A stretch of 64,000 nt of DNA from positions 13,174-77,173 of the forward strand of contig DITQ01000002.1 in the NCBI GenBank assembly GCA_002422165.1. Direction: 5' to 3'. Each line of letters starts with the position of its first letter. Within the stretch, counting starts at the first letter, position 1. This document shows positions 52,143-61,431 of this stretch, one piece after another. The position numbers and the translations under genes are program-made. The DNA comes from Candidatus Pacebacteria bacterium UBA6180. Its GTDB lineage: Bacteria; Patescibacteriota; Microgenomatia; UBA1400; PJMF01. The notes beneath the pieces are model-generated. The model saw only the letters and a list, made by a program, of their open reading frames with translations. It did not search any database and was not told the origin of the DNA.

Positions 52143-52535
52143 ATGAATAATCAAGATTCCAGCTCTTTTTTGTCTTTGCTACATGAAGTACTTAGGCACT
52201 CTTCCGCTCCAGAGGAAAAATTAAATCACTTTTTTACTTTGTTAGATCAGGGAGATTATTCTGCTATTTCTCAGGAGGAGGCTGCGGAGATGACTGAATA
52301 TTTAGAAGAAGCAGGCAGTAAACTTGATCAAATGGTTTTGGAAAGTAGAGATATAGAAAAAATTAATAATCTAACTGATTTAAAAGAATTTACTAATAAT
52401 TTACTAAATGAGTCTGAAAGAGGAGCATTGGAATTTGTTTTGAATAGTGCTAGTTCCAACACTCGATCTTCATCAGCTAGAGATGGCAAGTGGCTTTTGG
52501 ACAAACTTGCTGGCCTTATAGAAGACGAGGAATAG
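52143..52535 (+). CDS. small acidic hypothetical protein
   Basis: 130 aa, AGGA before the ATG, same composition as the upstream ORF. Confidence 0.72.
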   Translation: MNNQDSSSFLSLLHEVLRHSSAPEEKLNHFFTLLDQGDYSAISQEEAAEMTEYLEEAGSKLDQMVLESRDIEKINNLTDLKEFTNNLLNESERGALEFVLNSASSNTRSSSARDGKWLLDKLAGLIEDEE

Positions 52536-52643
52536 CTCCTCTGGCTTTTTTCTATTATAGGTTCTATAATACCCACCTATATCAATTAATGCTTACTTTA
52601 CTCATCCGGTAGAAGCACTGGGGAGTCAAAGGCGAAAGGAATT

Positions 52644-52913
52644 ATGGCATTAGCAAAACAAAGTAAGGCTTCAATCATCAAGGATTTCGCGCTTTTTGAA
52701 GGCGACACTGGATCTCCAGAGGTACAGGTTGCTCTTTTGACTGCGTCGATCGAGCAGTTGACTGAACATCTCAAGCTCCACAAGAAAGACAACCACTCGC
52801 GCAAAGGCTTGCTCAAGCAAGTTTCCAAGCGCCGTCGTTTGCTCAATTTCTTGCTCAGCCGTAGCGAAGACCGCTACCGCAAGTTGATTGAGAAGTTGGG
52901 GTTGAGCAAATAA
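52644..52913 (+). CDS. rpsO: 30S ribosomal protein S15
   Basis: [25 protein letters not shown]. Confidence 0.98.
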   Translation: MALAKQSKASIIKDFALFEGDTGSPEVQVALLTASIEQLTEHLKLHKKDNHSRKGLLKQVSKRRRLLNFLLSRSEDRYRKLIEKLGLSK

Positions 52914-52936
52914 GCTTTGCAAAATCAAAGAAATTG

Positions 52937-52967
52937 AAAAGGCAGGTTTTAGAACCTGCCTTTTTTT
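52937..52967 (+). terminator. intrinsic terminator after rpsO
   Basis: aaaaggcaggtt-ttag-aacctgcc-T7. Confidence 0.88.
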
Positions 52968-53180
52968 GTGCTATAATATCCCCATATCAATTAAGAAACT
53001 CCAAGGAGGAGATCCTAGAGGATTCCAAAAAGACGAGAAATTTGCCGCAGTCTGGCCAAAAAAGCGCCAAGCAAGCAGAGCAAACCGCTTCTCTTCTTTT
53101 CAGAATACTCGGCTCTCCACTTAAGTTTCAGCAATCGCCCCGCGCTTCAAAAGTAGCAGCAGGGCAAAGAAAGTACAAAT

Positions 53181-55517
53181 ATGTCTTATCCCAAGTATGG
53201 AAATACTTATAAGAAAGATCTCGTCGTGGGCGATAAAGTCATCCAGATCGAGGTTGGCAAATTTAGTGAGCAGGTTTCCGCTGCAGTCCTCGCCACTTGT
53301 GGCGAAACAGTGGTTCATACCACCGTCGCTCTCGGCCGCAAAGTCAACCTCGGCTACTTCCCCCTCTCGGTGGAATTTGCTGAAAAACTCTATGCCGGTG
53401 GCATTATCAAAGGTTCACGCTGGGTCAAGCGCGATGGTCGTCCGACTGATAACTCCATCCTGCGTGGTCGCGTGATCGATCGCACCATGCGCCCGCTGTT
53501 TCCTGACGGCATCACCAATGAAGTCCAGATCATCAGCACTGTTTTCTCCTACGATGGTGAAAATGAGCCTGATATGATCGCCCTGGTCAGCGCCGCTCTG
53601 GCCTTGCAAATTTCTGACATTCCTTTTGACGGTCCAGTCGCTGGCATGCGCCTGGGTCTTGACGAAAAAGGTGAGTTTTTGATCAATCCTACCCGCAGTC
53701 AAATCGAGAGCAACGATCTCGACCTGATCGTGTCGGCTTCCAAAAATTCGATCGTCATGGTCGAAGCTGGCGCCAAAGAAGTCGCCGAAGAGGTAATGAT
53801 CGAGGCTCTGCTCCGCGCTCAAGCAGAAGGCGCCAAGGTCTGTGAGCAGATCGAAAAAATTGCCGCTGAAATCGGCAAAGCCAAGGTTGAATTAGTCGAT
53901 GCCGTTGACCCAGAAGTCGCTGCCAAGAAGCAAGTTCTAGTTGCACGTCTCGCCAGTACTTACCAAAAAGAAATCAGCGATATGGTCAATAAGCAAGGCC
54001 GTCTCGAGCCTTTCGGCTTGGACGAGTTGATTGCCAAGATTTTAGAGGAAGATAAAGCCAAACTCGCTGAAGGCGAGGAAAGCGAACTCAGCGAAGGCAT
54101 GCTCCACAGCATTTTCCACGACTTGATGAAAGACGAAGCTCGCCGCATGATCATCGAAGACGAAGTTCGTCCTGATGGTCGCAAGACTACCGAAATCAGA
54201 CCGATTTGGTGCGAAGTTGACTTGCTGCCTCGCGTCCATGGTTCGGCCATGTTCAAGCGCGGAGCCACTCAAGCTCTAACAGTGGTGACTCTAGGTGACC
54301 CATCTCTTGGTCAGCTAATCGAAGACATGGCGGGTGAGAAAACCCACCACTACTTCCATCACTACAACATGCCGCCTTACGCTTCTGGTGAAGCTGGTCG
54401 CTTCGGTTTCCCCAAGCGCCGCGAAATCGGTCACGGGGCGCTCGCTCAGCGCGCTATCGAGCCGATGTTGCCTAGCCAAGAAGAGTTTCCTTACACTATC
54501 CACGCGGTGAGCGAAATCATGAGCTCCAATGGCTCGACTTCCCAGGCTTCGGTTTGTGGTTCGACCATGGCCTTGATGGCTGCCGGTGTCCCACTCAAGA
54601 AGCCAGTGGCTGGTATCGCCATGGGCCTGATGTCGGATGGTGAGAAATTTGTCATCCTTTCAGATATCCAGGGCTTGGAAGATCACGTCGGTGACATGGA
54701 CTTCAAAGTCGCGGGTACTAAAGAAGGCATTACCGCTATCCAGATGGACATCAAGCTCAAAGGCATTCCCAAGGAAGTCTTAGTTAAGGCTCTTGGTCAG
54801 GCTCGCGAAGGCCGTTTACACATCATGGCAGAAATGATGAAGTGCATCAGCGAACCTCGTACTTCCCTGAGTCCTTATGCGCCAAAGGTTGCTCAGATGA
54901 CTATTCCTGCTGAGAAAATCGGCGGCGTCATCGGCTCTGGTGGCAGCGTGATCAAGGACATCATCGAGAAGTCAGGTGCTGAAGTCAACGTCGACGAAGA
55001 CAAAGAGAAAAAGATCGGCATCATCAACGTTTCTTCGCCAGACCAAGCCGCGATCGATAAGGCTATGCAGATGATCGAAAACATCGTCCGCGAAGTCGAG
55101 ATCGACGATGAGTTTGACGGCATCGTCACTCGCGTCGAAGGCTACGGCATGTTTGTCGAATTCCTACCAGGCCGCGAAGGTTTGGTCCACGTCTCCAACA
55201 TGTCCAGCGACTACGTCAAGGACGCCAATGACCTCTACAAGGTCGGCGACAGCGTTCACGTCCGCGTCAAAGAATACAATCCAGAAGGCAAAATTGCCCT
55301 AACCATGCTTAGTAGTGAGCAAGAGGCTGAGCAAAAAGCCGCCCGAGCTTCTCGCGGCGAAAGCGACGATAATGGTCGTGGTGGCCGCGGCGGTGATCGC
55401 GGTGGCTACGGCGGCGGCAGACCTTCCTACGGTGGCCGCGGAGGCAGTCGTGGTGGAGACCGCAATGAGCGACGCCCCTTTGGTGGACGCGGTAATGGTG
55501 GAGGAAGAAGGTTTTAA
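53181..55517 (+). CDS. pnp: polyribonucleotide nucleotidyltransferase
   Basis: RREIGHG, SNGSTSQAS, GDMDFKVAG, KH and S1 domains, RGG-rich tail. Confidence 0.98.
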   Translation: MSYPKYGNTYKKDLVVGDKVIQIEVGKFSEQVSAAVLATCGETVVHTTVALGRKVNLGYFPLSVEFAEKLYAGGIIKGSRWVKRDGRPTDNSILRGRVIDRTMRPLFPDGITNEVQIISTVFSYDGENEPDMIALVSAALALQISDIPFDGPVAGMRLGLDEKGEFLINPTRSQIESNDLDLIVSASKNSIVMVEAGAKEVAEEVMIEALLRAQAEGAKVCEQIEKIAAEIGKAKVELVDAVDPEVAAKKQVLVARLASTYQKEISDMVNKQGRLEPFGLDELIAKILEEDKAKLAEGEESELSEGMLHSIFHDLMKDEARRMIIEDEVRPDGRKTTEIRPIWCEVDLLPRVHGSAMFKRGATQALTVVTLGDPSLGQLIEDMAGEKTHHYFHHYNMPPYASGEAGRFGFPKRREIGHGALAQRAIEPMLPSQEEFPYTIHAVSEIMSSNGSTSQASVCGSTMALMAAGVPLKKPVAGIAMGLMSDGEKFVILSDIQGLEDHVGDMDFKVAGTKEGITAIQMDIKLKGIPKEVLVKALGQAREGRLHIMAEMMKCISEPRTSLSPYAPKVAQMTIPAEKIGGVIGSGGSVIKDIIEKSGAEVNVDEDKEKKIGIINVSSPDQAAIDKAMQMIENIVREVEIDDEFDGIVTRVEGYGMFVEFLPGREGLVHVSNMSSDYVKDANDLYKVGDSVHVRVKEYNPEGKIALTMLSSEQEAEQKAARASRGESDDNGRGGRGGDRGGYGGGRPSYGGRGGSRGGDRNERRPFGGRGNGGGRRF

Positions 55518-55544
55518 TCCACCAAGTAATCATTAGAAGTTAAG

Positions 55545-55572
55545 AACTCCAGCTGAAAGGCTGGAGTTTTTT
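55545..55572 (+). terminator. intrinsic terminator after pnp
   Basis: aactccagc-tgaaag-gctggagtt plus T run. Confidence 0.88.
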
Positions 55573-55602
55573 GTATAAATTCGATTATACTTAAAAGATA
55601 AT

Positions 55603-56424
55603 ATGCGCACTGCCCACCTGCACAACGAAGCTGGTTTGTTTGCCATTCTCGAGCTAGATCGCAATCGCGAGCTGGCGGAGAGCGTGGGTCTAGACTTGTC
55701 GCTGCCAGATAACCTGGCTATTCTCGACGCCATCAATCGCCAGCTCTTGACTCTCAGTCAAGAAGTGACGGGGGTGATTTTTGATCCGATTTACACACAT
55801 CAGCTGTTGGCTGACAAAGCCGCTACGGCTGGGGCGCTACTGCGCCTCGAGCAGGACAAGCTGCTAGCACCAGAAGAATTGCCAGCGCTTTTTCCCAACT
55901 TCAGCCTGGAGGAAATCGCCAACAACTACGCCCTTGCCAAACTCGAACTGCATTATCAGCTCGGTGAAGCCAAAGCGATCGAGAAGCGCCAGCTTTTGGC
56001 GGAAATTAGGGAGTACTCCAAGGTGTTGGGGATTGATTTTCTGCTCTCACTGCGTACGGCCGCGGCTGAGAATGATCAACTGCTTGCCATCCAAGAATTG
56101 CGTGGTCTCGCTGACCTTCTAGTCATCCAAAATCCCGCCGACCCTTTGGCGATGGCGACTATTGTCAGCGAGCTGGACATCCCTTGTTTGGTGACCAATG
56201 ATGCGGCCGACAGCTACGAGCAATTTAAGGAAAAATTTCGCATGGCTATGGAAAATGGCGCCCGCGGCTATTGTCTAGGCGCGGTGCTCTGGCGCGAACT
56301 GGGTGATTTTCGCGGTGAGGATCAAAGCCTTGACTTGGCAGGCATCTGCAAGTATTTGGCGACTACCGTTCGGGATCGGATTTTGGAGCTTAACCGCATC
56401 GCCGCCGAGAGTTTGCAGATTTAG
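55603..56424 (+). CDS. divergent LacD/class I aldolase-like TIM barrel
   Basis: DPIY, AKLELHY, AMENGARGYCLGAVLW resemble tagatose-bisphosphate aldolase. Confidence 0.55.
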   Translation: MRTAHLHNEAGLFAILELDRNRELAESVGLDLSLPDNLAILDAINRQLLTLSQEVTGVIFDPIYTHQLLADKAATAGALLRLEQDKLLAPEELPALFPNFSLEEIANNYALAKLELHYQLGEAKAIEKRQLLAEIREYSKVLGIDFLLSLRTAAAENDQLLAIQELRGLADLLVIQNPADPLAMATIVSELDIPCLVTNDAADSYEQFKEKFRMAMENGARGYCLGAVLWRELGDFRGEDQSLDLAGICKYLATTVRDRILELNRIAAESLQI

Positions 56425-56502
56425 TGTCCCTTTAGCTTGCTTTTTGCCAACTTTTCATATAGATTGGGATCTATATTATTGTTTTAGTTTGAAAGGATCC
56501 AT

Positions 56503-57129
56503 ATGTACACTTTGCCAAATTTGCCCTACGCCTACGAAGCCCTCGAGCCGCACATTGATGCTGAAACGATGAAGATTCATCACGACAAGCACCATCAAGC
56601 TTATCTCGACAAGCTCAACGCAGCTCTGGAGAGCCAAGTAGAGTTGGCCAGTTTACCAGTTGAGGATTTGCTGTGGCAATTCGAGGAGCATCAAGCGAAA
56701 TTGCCAGCTGAGGTTGCGACAGCACTGCGCAATCATGGTGGTGGCTACGCTAACCACAACCTCTTCTGGGAAATTATGTCGCCAGAGGGTCCGCGCCAAG
56801 CGGTCGGCGAGCTAACCAAGGCTTTAGATGCCACTTTTGGCTCTTTTGCTGATTTTCAGGCCAAATTTGTCGATGTTGCCACCAAGCACTTCGGTTCTGG
56901 CTGGGCTTGGCTAGCAATCGATCAAACCGGCAAACTAGCAGTTTATTCCACCTCCAACCAAGATTCTCCCCTGATGCAGCAGCACCGACCTTTACTTGGT
57001 GTCGATGTCTGGGAGCACGCCTATTACCTCAAGTACCAAAACCGTCGCCCTGACTATTTGGCCGCCATTTGGCAGGTCTTGGATTGGCAGAAGATTGAGG
57101 AGCGGTATTTGCAGGCAGTTGGCAAATAA
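56503..57129 (+). CDS. sodA: superoxide dismutase, probably Mn type
   Basis: [24 protein letters not shown]. Confidence 0.95.
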   Translation: MYTLPNLPYAYEALEPHIDAETMKIHHDKHHQAYLDKLNAALESQVELASLPVEDLLWQFEEHQAKLPAEVATALRNHGGGYANHNLFWEIMSPEGPRQAVGELTKALDATFGSFADFQAKFVDVATKHFGSGWAWLAIDQTGKLAVYSTSNQDSPLMQQHRPLLGVDVWEHAYYLKYQNRRPDYLAAIWQVLDWQKIEERYLQAVGK

Positions 57130-57181
57130 TTTTGAGGTTAGACTTTACCAATAAATTAGTCTAGTATTTTCTTCTGTAATC

Positions 57182-57766
57182 ATGCTCGAAGTTATTCTTG
57201 ATGTAGAAACCAAACAAATTTTTGACGACGTGGGCGGCTATTTTCCAGAGAAGTTAGGTATTTCTTTTGTCGGTGTTTGCGTGCGTGATAGTCGCTTTGC
57301 TAAGGGAGAGATGCAGTCTTACTTCGAGAAGGATCTGCCCAAGCTTTTTCCGCTGCTAGAGCGCGCCGACGTGGTCATCGGTTTCAATATCGACGGCTTC
57401 GATATGCCTACCTTAATTCCTTATTACCAGGCTGACATTAGCCGCATTCCAACTCTCGACGTCATGGATCGTATCAAAAAAAGCGTCGGCCACCGCATCG
57501 GTCTAGATGCTGTCGCCAAGGAAACTCTGGGGATTGGCAAAACTGGTGATGGTCTGGACGCTATCAAGTACTATAAATCTGGCAACTATGAAGCTCTAGA
57601 AAAATATTGTCTGCAAGACGTGGCGGTCACCCGAGATGTCTATGATTATGGTCTCAAAAATGGGCAAATTAAATTTCGCAACAAATGGAACCGCTTAATT
57701 GAGGCGCCAGTCGATTTCTCGTTTCAGAGCGCCAAGGCAAGTGGGATACAAATGAGTTTGATATGA
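57182..57766 (+). CDS. RNase H-like/DEDD 3'-5' exonuclease domain protein
   Basis: LDVET, GFNIDGFD, YCLQDV. Confidence 0.85.
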   Translation: MLEVILDVETKQIFDDVGGYFPEKLGISFVGVCVRDSRFAKGEMQSYFEKDLPKLFPLLERADVVIGFNIDGFDMPTLIPYYQADISRIPTLDVMDRIKKSVGHRIGLDAVAKETLGIGKTGDGLDAIKYYKSGNYEALEKYCLQDVAVTRDVYDYGLKNGQIKFRNKWNRLIEAPVDFSFQSAKASGIQMSLI

Positions 57767-58314
57767 AACCTAAAATTTGCTACACAGCCGCTGCTCACCT
57801 TGTCCACCAAGGCAAGATTCTTCTTATCAAACATAAAAAATTTAAGCAGTGGCTCGGTCCAGGTGGTCATATCGACGAGAATGAACTAGCTCATGAAACG
57901 GCAGTTCGTGAATTCATGGAAGAAACTGGTTTGCAGGTCAAAATAGTTAGTGCTTATGATGATCTTAGTGGTCAAGCAACTGGGGCTGATGATTTGTTTC
58001 ACCCCATGCCTTTTGCCGTCAACGAGCATTGGGTTTGTCGGGCCAATTATGAAGAACGTCAGAAGGCAGTCGAGCAAAATCTCCCTTTTATTCCTGACAA
58101 ACAGTGGAGTAAGGGTTGTGAAAAGCACTTTAATTTTTCTTATTTAGCGAAATTAGTTGGTCCGCTGGAGATCAAGCCGGCAGCTGGGGAATCCAAGGAA
58201 GTGCGCTTTTTTACCCTTGAGGAATTGGAGGGTTCTTACCGCAGCGAACTAGCTAGTTCGATTTTTGCCGAAGTAAAGCAGGCTTTTGAGCTTGCTAAAT
58301 CCTTTCATTCTTGA
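57763..58314 (+). CDS. NUDIX hydrolase
   Basis: GGHIDENELAHETAVREFMEETG. Confidence 0.9.
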   Translation: MKPKICYTAAAHLVHQGKILLIKHKKFKQWLGPGGHIDENELAHETAVREFMEETGLQVKIVSAYDDLSGQATGADDLFHPMPFAVNEHWVCRANYEERQKAVEQNLPFIPDKQWSKGCEKHFNFSYLAKLVGPLEIKPAAGESKEVRFFTLEELEGSYRSELASSIFAEVKQAFELAKSFHS

Positions 58315-58340
58315 GAAAATGACCTTTGAGAGGTCTAATT

Positions 58341-58856
58341 ATGTTTCCCAAACACCAACTCACTGACAAGGTTAAACTTCTGCAAAAAGTCGCTATCATT
58401 CGGTCTAACCAGCAAGGCGCTGGTTTAGAAGTACTGTTGTTGCAGCGAAGCAGTGAGGCCAAATCGCGCCCTAGTGCTTGGGATTTGCCCGGCGGCAACA
58501 GCGAGTGGCCGAAGGGTCAGACTTCAGTCGCCAATTTGCACTTGGCGGATCTAAGTCGAGAAATTGCTGAAGAAACTGGCCTAGTTGTGACCGACAATGC
58601 CTTTTCCATGAAGTTGCCAGTGCATTTTTCGACCTATTTCGACAGCGGCAAGCAAATTTTTACTATTATTGCCGGCTGGTCATTGAATTTTTCAGACACA
58701 AGCCAAGCACTTATCCAGATCTCTAACGAACATCAGACTTACTCTTGGGTGCCTGGAATTGAGTTGGCCAATTACGATTTTGGCGGTGACAAGGGCACTT
58801 TTATTTTGGATATCATCCAAAAAGCGCTGCTTTCGTTTCAAAATAGCCAGTTTTGA
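58341..58856 (+). CDS. NUDIX hydrolase
   Basis: LLLQRS, WDLPGG...REIAEETG with an insertion inside the box, ISNEH; alternative TTG start at 58326. Confidence 0.82.
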   Translation: MFPKHQLTDKVKLLQKVAIIRSNQQGAGLEVLLLQRSSEAKSRPSAWDLPGGNSEWPKGQTSVANLHLADLSREIAEETGLVVTDNAFSMKLPVHFSTYFDSGKQIFTIIAGWSLNFSDTSQALIQISNEHQTYSWVPGIELANYDFGGDKGTFILDIIQKALLSFQNSQF

Positions 58857-59009
58857 TATAAAATTCTTCGTTGCTTCTCAGAACCCAGTTAAGATCGTTA
58901 TTGGCCTCTGTTATGACTCGCAAAATAACTAGGGCACAAGCAACAATACTTGACAAACTTAATTTTCCCGGGCATGATGGGATCATAGTAATACTAAGTG
59001 CGAGGAAAT

Positions 59010-59543
59010 ATGTCAAAACCAACAACTCAACCGTCCGATCTCCAAAATAAAATCCAAGTTTTCATGCCTTATCTTTTCCCCTTAATAGCCGTTATCTTCG
59101 TGGTAGTAATGTTTGCTCGTTGGTACCAGAGCAAAACTGCTGACGCTCCAGTTAGCTTGCTAGATCCGCAGTTCCAGGTTGAAACCCTGCCGAGTCAAGT
59201 TGAAAATGACATCCTCAAGGGGGCAGTAGATTACCAAACAGCCGAAATGCAGGGTGAAGGTAAAGTTGCCGGTGAAGTTCGTTACCAGATTGTTGATGAC
59301 AAACTGAGTTTTACTGTGACTGCCAACTTACCATCTTCAGAGGAAGATTATGTTGTCTGGTTAACTGATGGTAATAACGAAGCCAAGAAACGAGTTTTTA
59401 ACTTAATTTATTCCAAAGCTGGCTACATGGGTAGCGCCATGGTTGCCGCCGAGGTTTTACCGGTCAGAGTTGTTATCGTCAAGGCCTCAGATTTGCTGCT
59501 GCAAGACGTTTTATTGGAAACTGACTTGAGTAAAACAGAGTAA
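59010..59543 (+). CDS. membrane-anchored protein with a beta-sandwich domain
   Basis: Single TM, ANLP...YVVWL pattern reminiscent of anti-sigma-K C-terminal domains. Confidence 0.55.
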   Translation: MSKPTTQPSDLQNKIQVFMPYLFPLIAVIFVVVMFARWYQSKTADAPVSLLDPQFQVETLPSQVENDILKGAVDYQTAEMQGEGKVAGEVRYQIVDDKLSFTVTANLPSSEEDYVVWLTDGNNEAKKRVFNLIYSKAGYMGSAMVAAEVLPVRVVIVKASDLLLQDVLLETDLSKTE

Positions 59544-59639
59544 AAGAAGCAAATTGCTTCTTGATTAGCTACTCAAGTGTGCTAGGCTAAGTTAATAAAA
59601 ATTATTCTCTGCTAAGCACAGAGAAAGAAGGGTGAACAT

Positions 59640-59843
59640 ATGGCAACCGCCTATAGTTACACAAATTCTAAGGGTCAAACCTACTACCTTCACACCAGAG
59701 ATGTGACCTTGAAGAATGGTAGAGTTCAAACCATTTACTTTTTCGCTCGTGATGTCCGCGAGGGCTCTTTGAGCGCCGTACCAGCTGCCTACCAGGTAGT
59801 TGAGACCAGCCGTACTGGCATGCCAGTCTTGAAGAAGAAATAA
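59640..59843 (+). CDS. small basic hypothetical protein
   Basis: TNSKGQTYYLH...IYFFA...TGMPVLKKK; purine-rich RBS, own terminator. Confidence 0.8.
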   Translation: MATAYSYTNSKGQTYYLHTRDVTLKNGRVQTIYFFARDVREGSLSAVPAAYQVVETSRTGMPVLKKK

Positions 59844-59940
59844 GAATTCCTCGATTCTAACGATCGGGACATTCTTGTTTCGCTTATTAGAACGTCGATC
59901 TCTTGAAATAATTCTCTTCAATCACTTTTTGTGAAAAGAT

Positions 59941-59971
59941 AAACCCCGCGCCAAAAGGCGCGGGGTTTTTT
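59941..59971 (+). terminator. intrinsic terminator
   Basis: aaaccccgcgcc-aaaa-ggcgcggggttt plus T run. Confidence 0.9.
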
Positions 59972-59972
59972 C

Positions 59973-60064
59973 GACTGAGCTTATGCGAAGAAGTGTCTGG
60001 AACATAGGCGGAAGACGGACCGAGCTTCGCGAGGGAATGTCCGAAGTGGAGGCGGAAGACGGAC
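59973..60064. repeat. degenerate 44-45-nt tandem repeat (2 units)
   Basis: aggcggaagacggac exact at 60006 and 60050; both units begin gacYgagctt. Confidence 0.7.
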
Positions 60065-60128
60065 TATGTCTTGTTGCCTTGTCAACCTTTAAAAATTCTT
60101 CAATTTATGAGAAACTGACAGCAGAAAT

Positions 60129-60584
60129 ATGAAAATCTTTATTGGCAGTGATCACGGTGGTTTTGCCTTCAAAGCAGAACTGCAAAATTATCTAGCGGAC
60201 AGGCACCCGGAATTTGAAGTGCAGGACTGTGGAGCTTTTCTGCTCGACCCAAGTGATGATTATCCGCCAGTTGCTTTACAGGTGGCACAGAAAGTGGTTG
60301 TATCAGCAGGTAGTTTGGGTATTTTGCTTTGCCGCTCTGGTTCAGGGATGGTGATTGCCGCCAACAAAGTCAAAGGCGTGCGCGCCGTGGAGCTTTATGA
60401 CATTCGCGTCGCCAAGCAAGCCAAAAGCCATAATCACGCTAATGTAATTGCTCTTGGTGGTGATTATTTGACTCTAGAGAAGATAATTGAGATCTTGGAG
60501 GTTTTTTTGCAGACTGATCTCGACCAAGATGCGCGCCACAAGCGTCGATTAAGTCAGATTAGCGATTACGAAAATAATAATTAA
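60129..60584 (+). CDS. rpiB: ribose-5-phosphate isomerase B
   Basis: GSDHGG, DDYP, CRSGSG, ANKVKGVRA, HNHANV, RHKRR. Confidence 0.95.
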   Translation: MKIFIGSDHGGFAFKAELQNYLADRHPEFEVQDCGAFLLDPSDDYPPVALQVAQKVVVSAGSLGILLCRSGSGMVIAANKVKGVRAVELYDIRVAKQAKSHNHANVIALGGDYLTLEKIIEILEVFLQTDLDQDARHKRRLSQISDYENNN

Positions 60585-60608
60585 CTTGAAGAAAAGAAAA
60601 AGGAAATC

Positions 60609-61295
60609 ATGCAGTTAGATGTAACCGCCAATGTTTTGACTGGTGATTTGAATTTAGCGCGTCGCCAGATCGAATTGGCCAGAGAGAGCAAGCTTCTGCC
60701 AGCGATTCAGATCGACATCGTCGATGGGGTTTTTGCCGACACTCATACCTTTACCCCTCAGGATTTAGTTGACATTGATTTCGGCGAGTTGCAAATCGAT
60801 TTTCACTTGATGACCGAAGAACCGATGGATTACGTCTGGGAAATGGAAGAGTATTGTCGCCATTTGCCGATTCGCTCCGTTTTTGGTCAGATCGAGAAGA
60901 TGTCCTATCAGGAGGCCTTTCTAGAGGAAGTCAAAAAACAAGATTGGCGGGCTGGCTTAGCACTCGACTTGTACACTCCTCTCGAGGCTATTGATGATAA
61001 TAGTTGGGACTGGATGGATGCGCTGCTGCTGCTTGGGGCCCCAGCTGGCGAGTCAGGTCAAGAATTGAATCCGCTCATCTTTGAAAAAATCCAAGCTGCC
61101 AGAGAAAAAATCCTCAAAGGTGAGCCAATGCGTATTTTCGTAGACTGTGGAGTTAATAAAGATAATGTTGCCAAACTGCAGCGCGCTGGTGTCGACAGTG
61201 TTACGGCCAATTCAGCTTTTAATCAAGCCCCCAATTACAAGCAAGCAGTCGAGGAATTTCTCAGTAAACTTCTTCCAACACAAGAAATGAGTTAA
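60609..61295 (+). CDS. rpe: ribulose-phosphate 3-epimerase (divergent)
   Basis: IQIDIVDG, DFHLM, GESGQ, VDCGVN. Confidence 0.85.
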   Translation: MQLDVTANVLTGDLNLARRQIELARESKLLPAIQIDIVDGVFADTHTFTPQDLVDIDFGELQIDFHLMTEEPMDYVWEMEEYCRHLPIRSVFGQIEKMSYQEAFLEEVKKQDWRAGLALDLYTPLEAIDDNSWDWMDALLLLGAPAGESGQELNPLIFEKIQAAREKILKGEPMRIFVDCGVNKDNVAKLQRAGVDSVTANSAFNQAPNYKQAVEEFLSKLLPTQEMS

Positions 61296-61431
61296 TTTTG
61301 CTTAGATTTTGTGGCATTTTAACAGTTTCTGATGACGATAGTAGCTGTGACTACTTGAGGAAGAAGAAACATGTTAAAATGACGGAAAAGAAAGTAAAAG
61401 TAGCCATTTCTTGTGTTGGAAGAAGTCTATT

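Noticed and set aside
52934-53212. 92-aa ORF upstream of pnp
   Set aside because: It runs through a terminator, a promoter and the structured leader, and starts with TTG.
59565-59590. Fourth CIRCE (TTAGCTACT...CTAGGCTAA)
   Set aside because: The spacer is 8 nt rather than 9 and the inner positions do not match.
59973-60064. Mini CRISPR array
   Set aside because: Only two units, the intervening sequences resemble each other, the exact repeat is 15 nt, and there are no cas genes.
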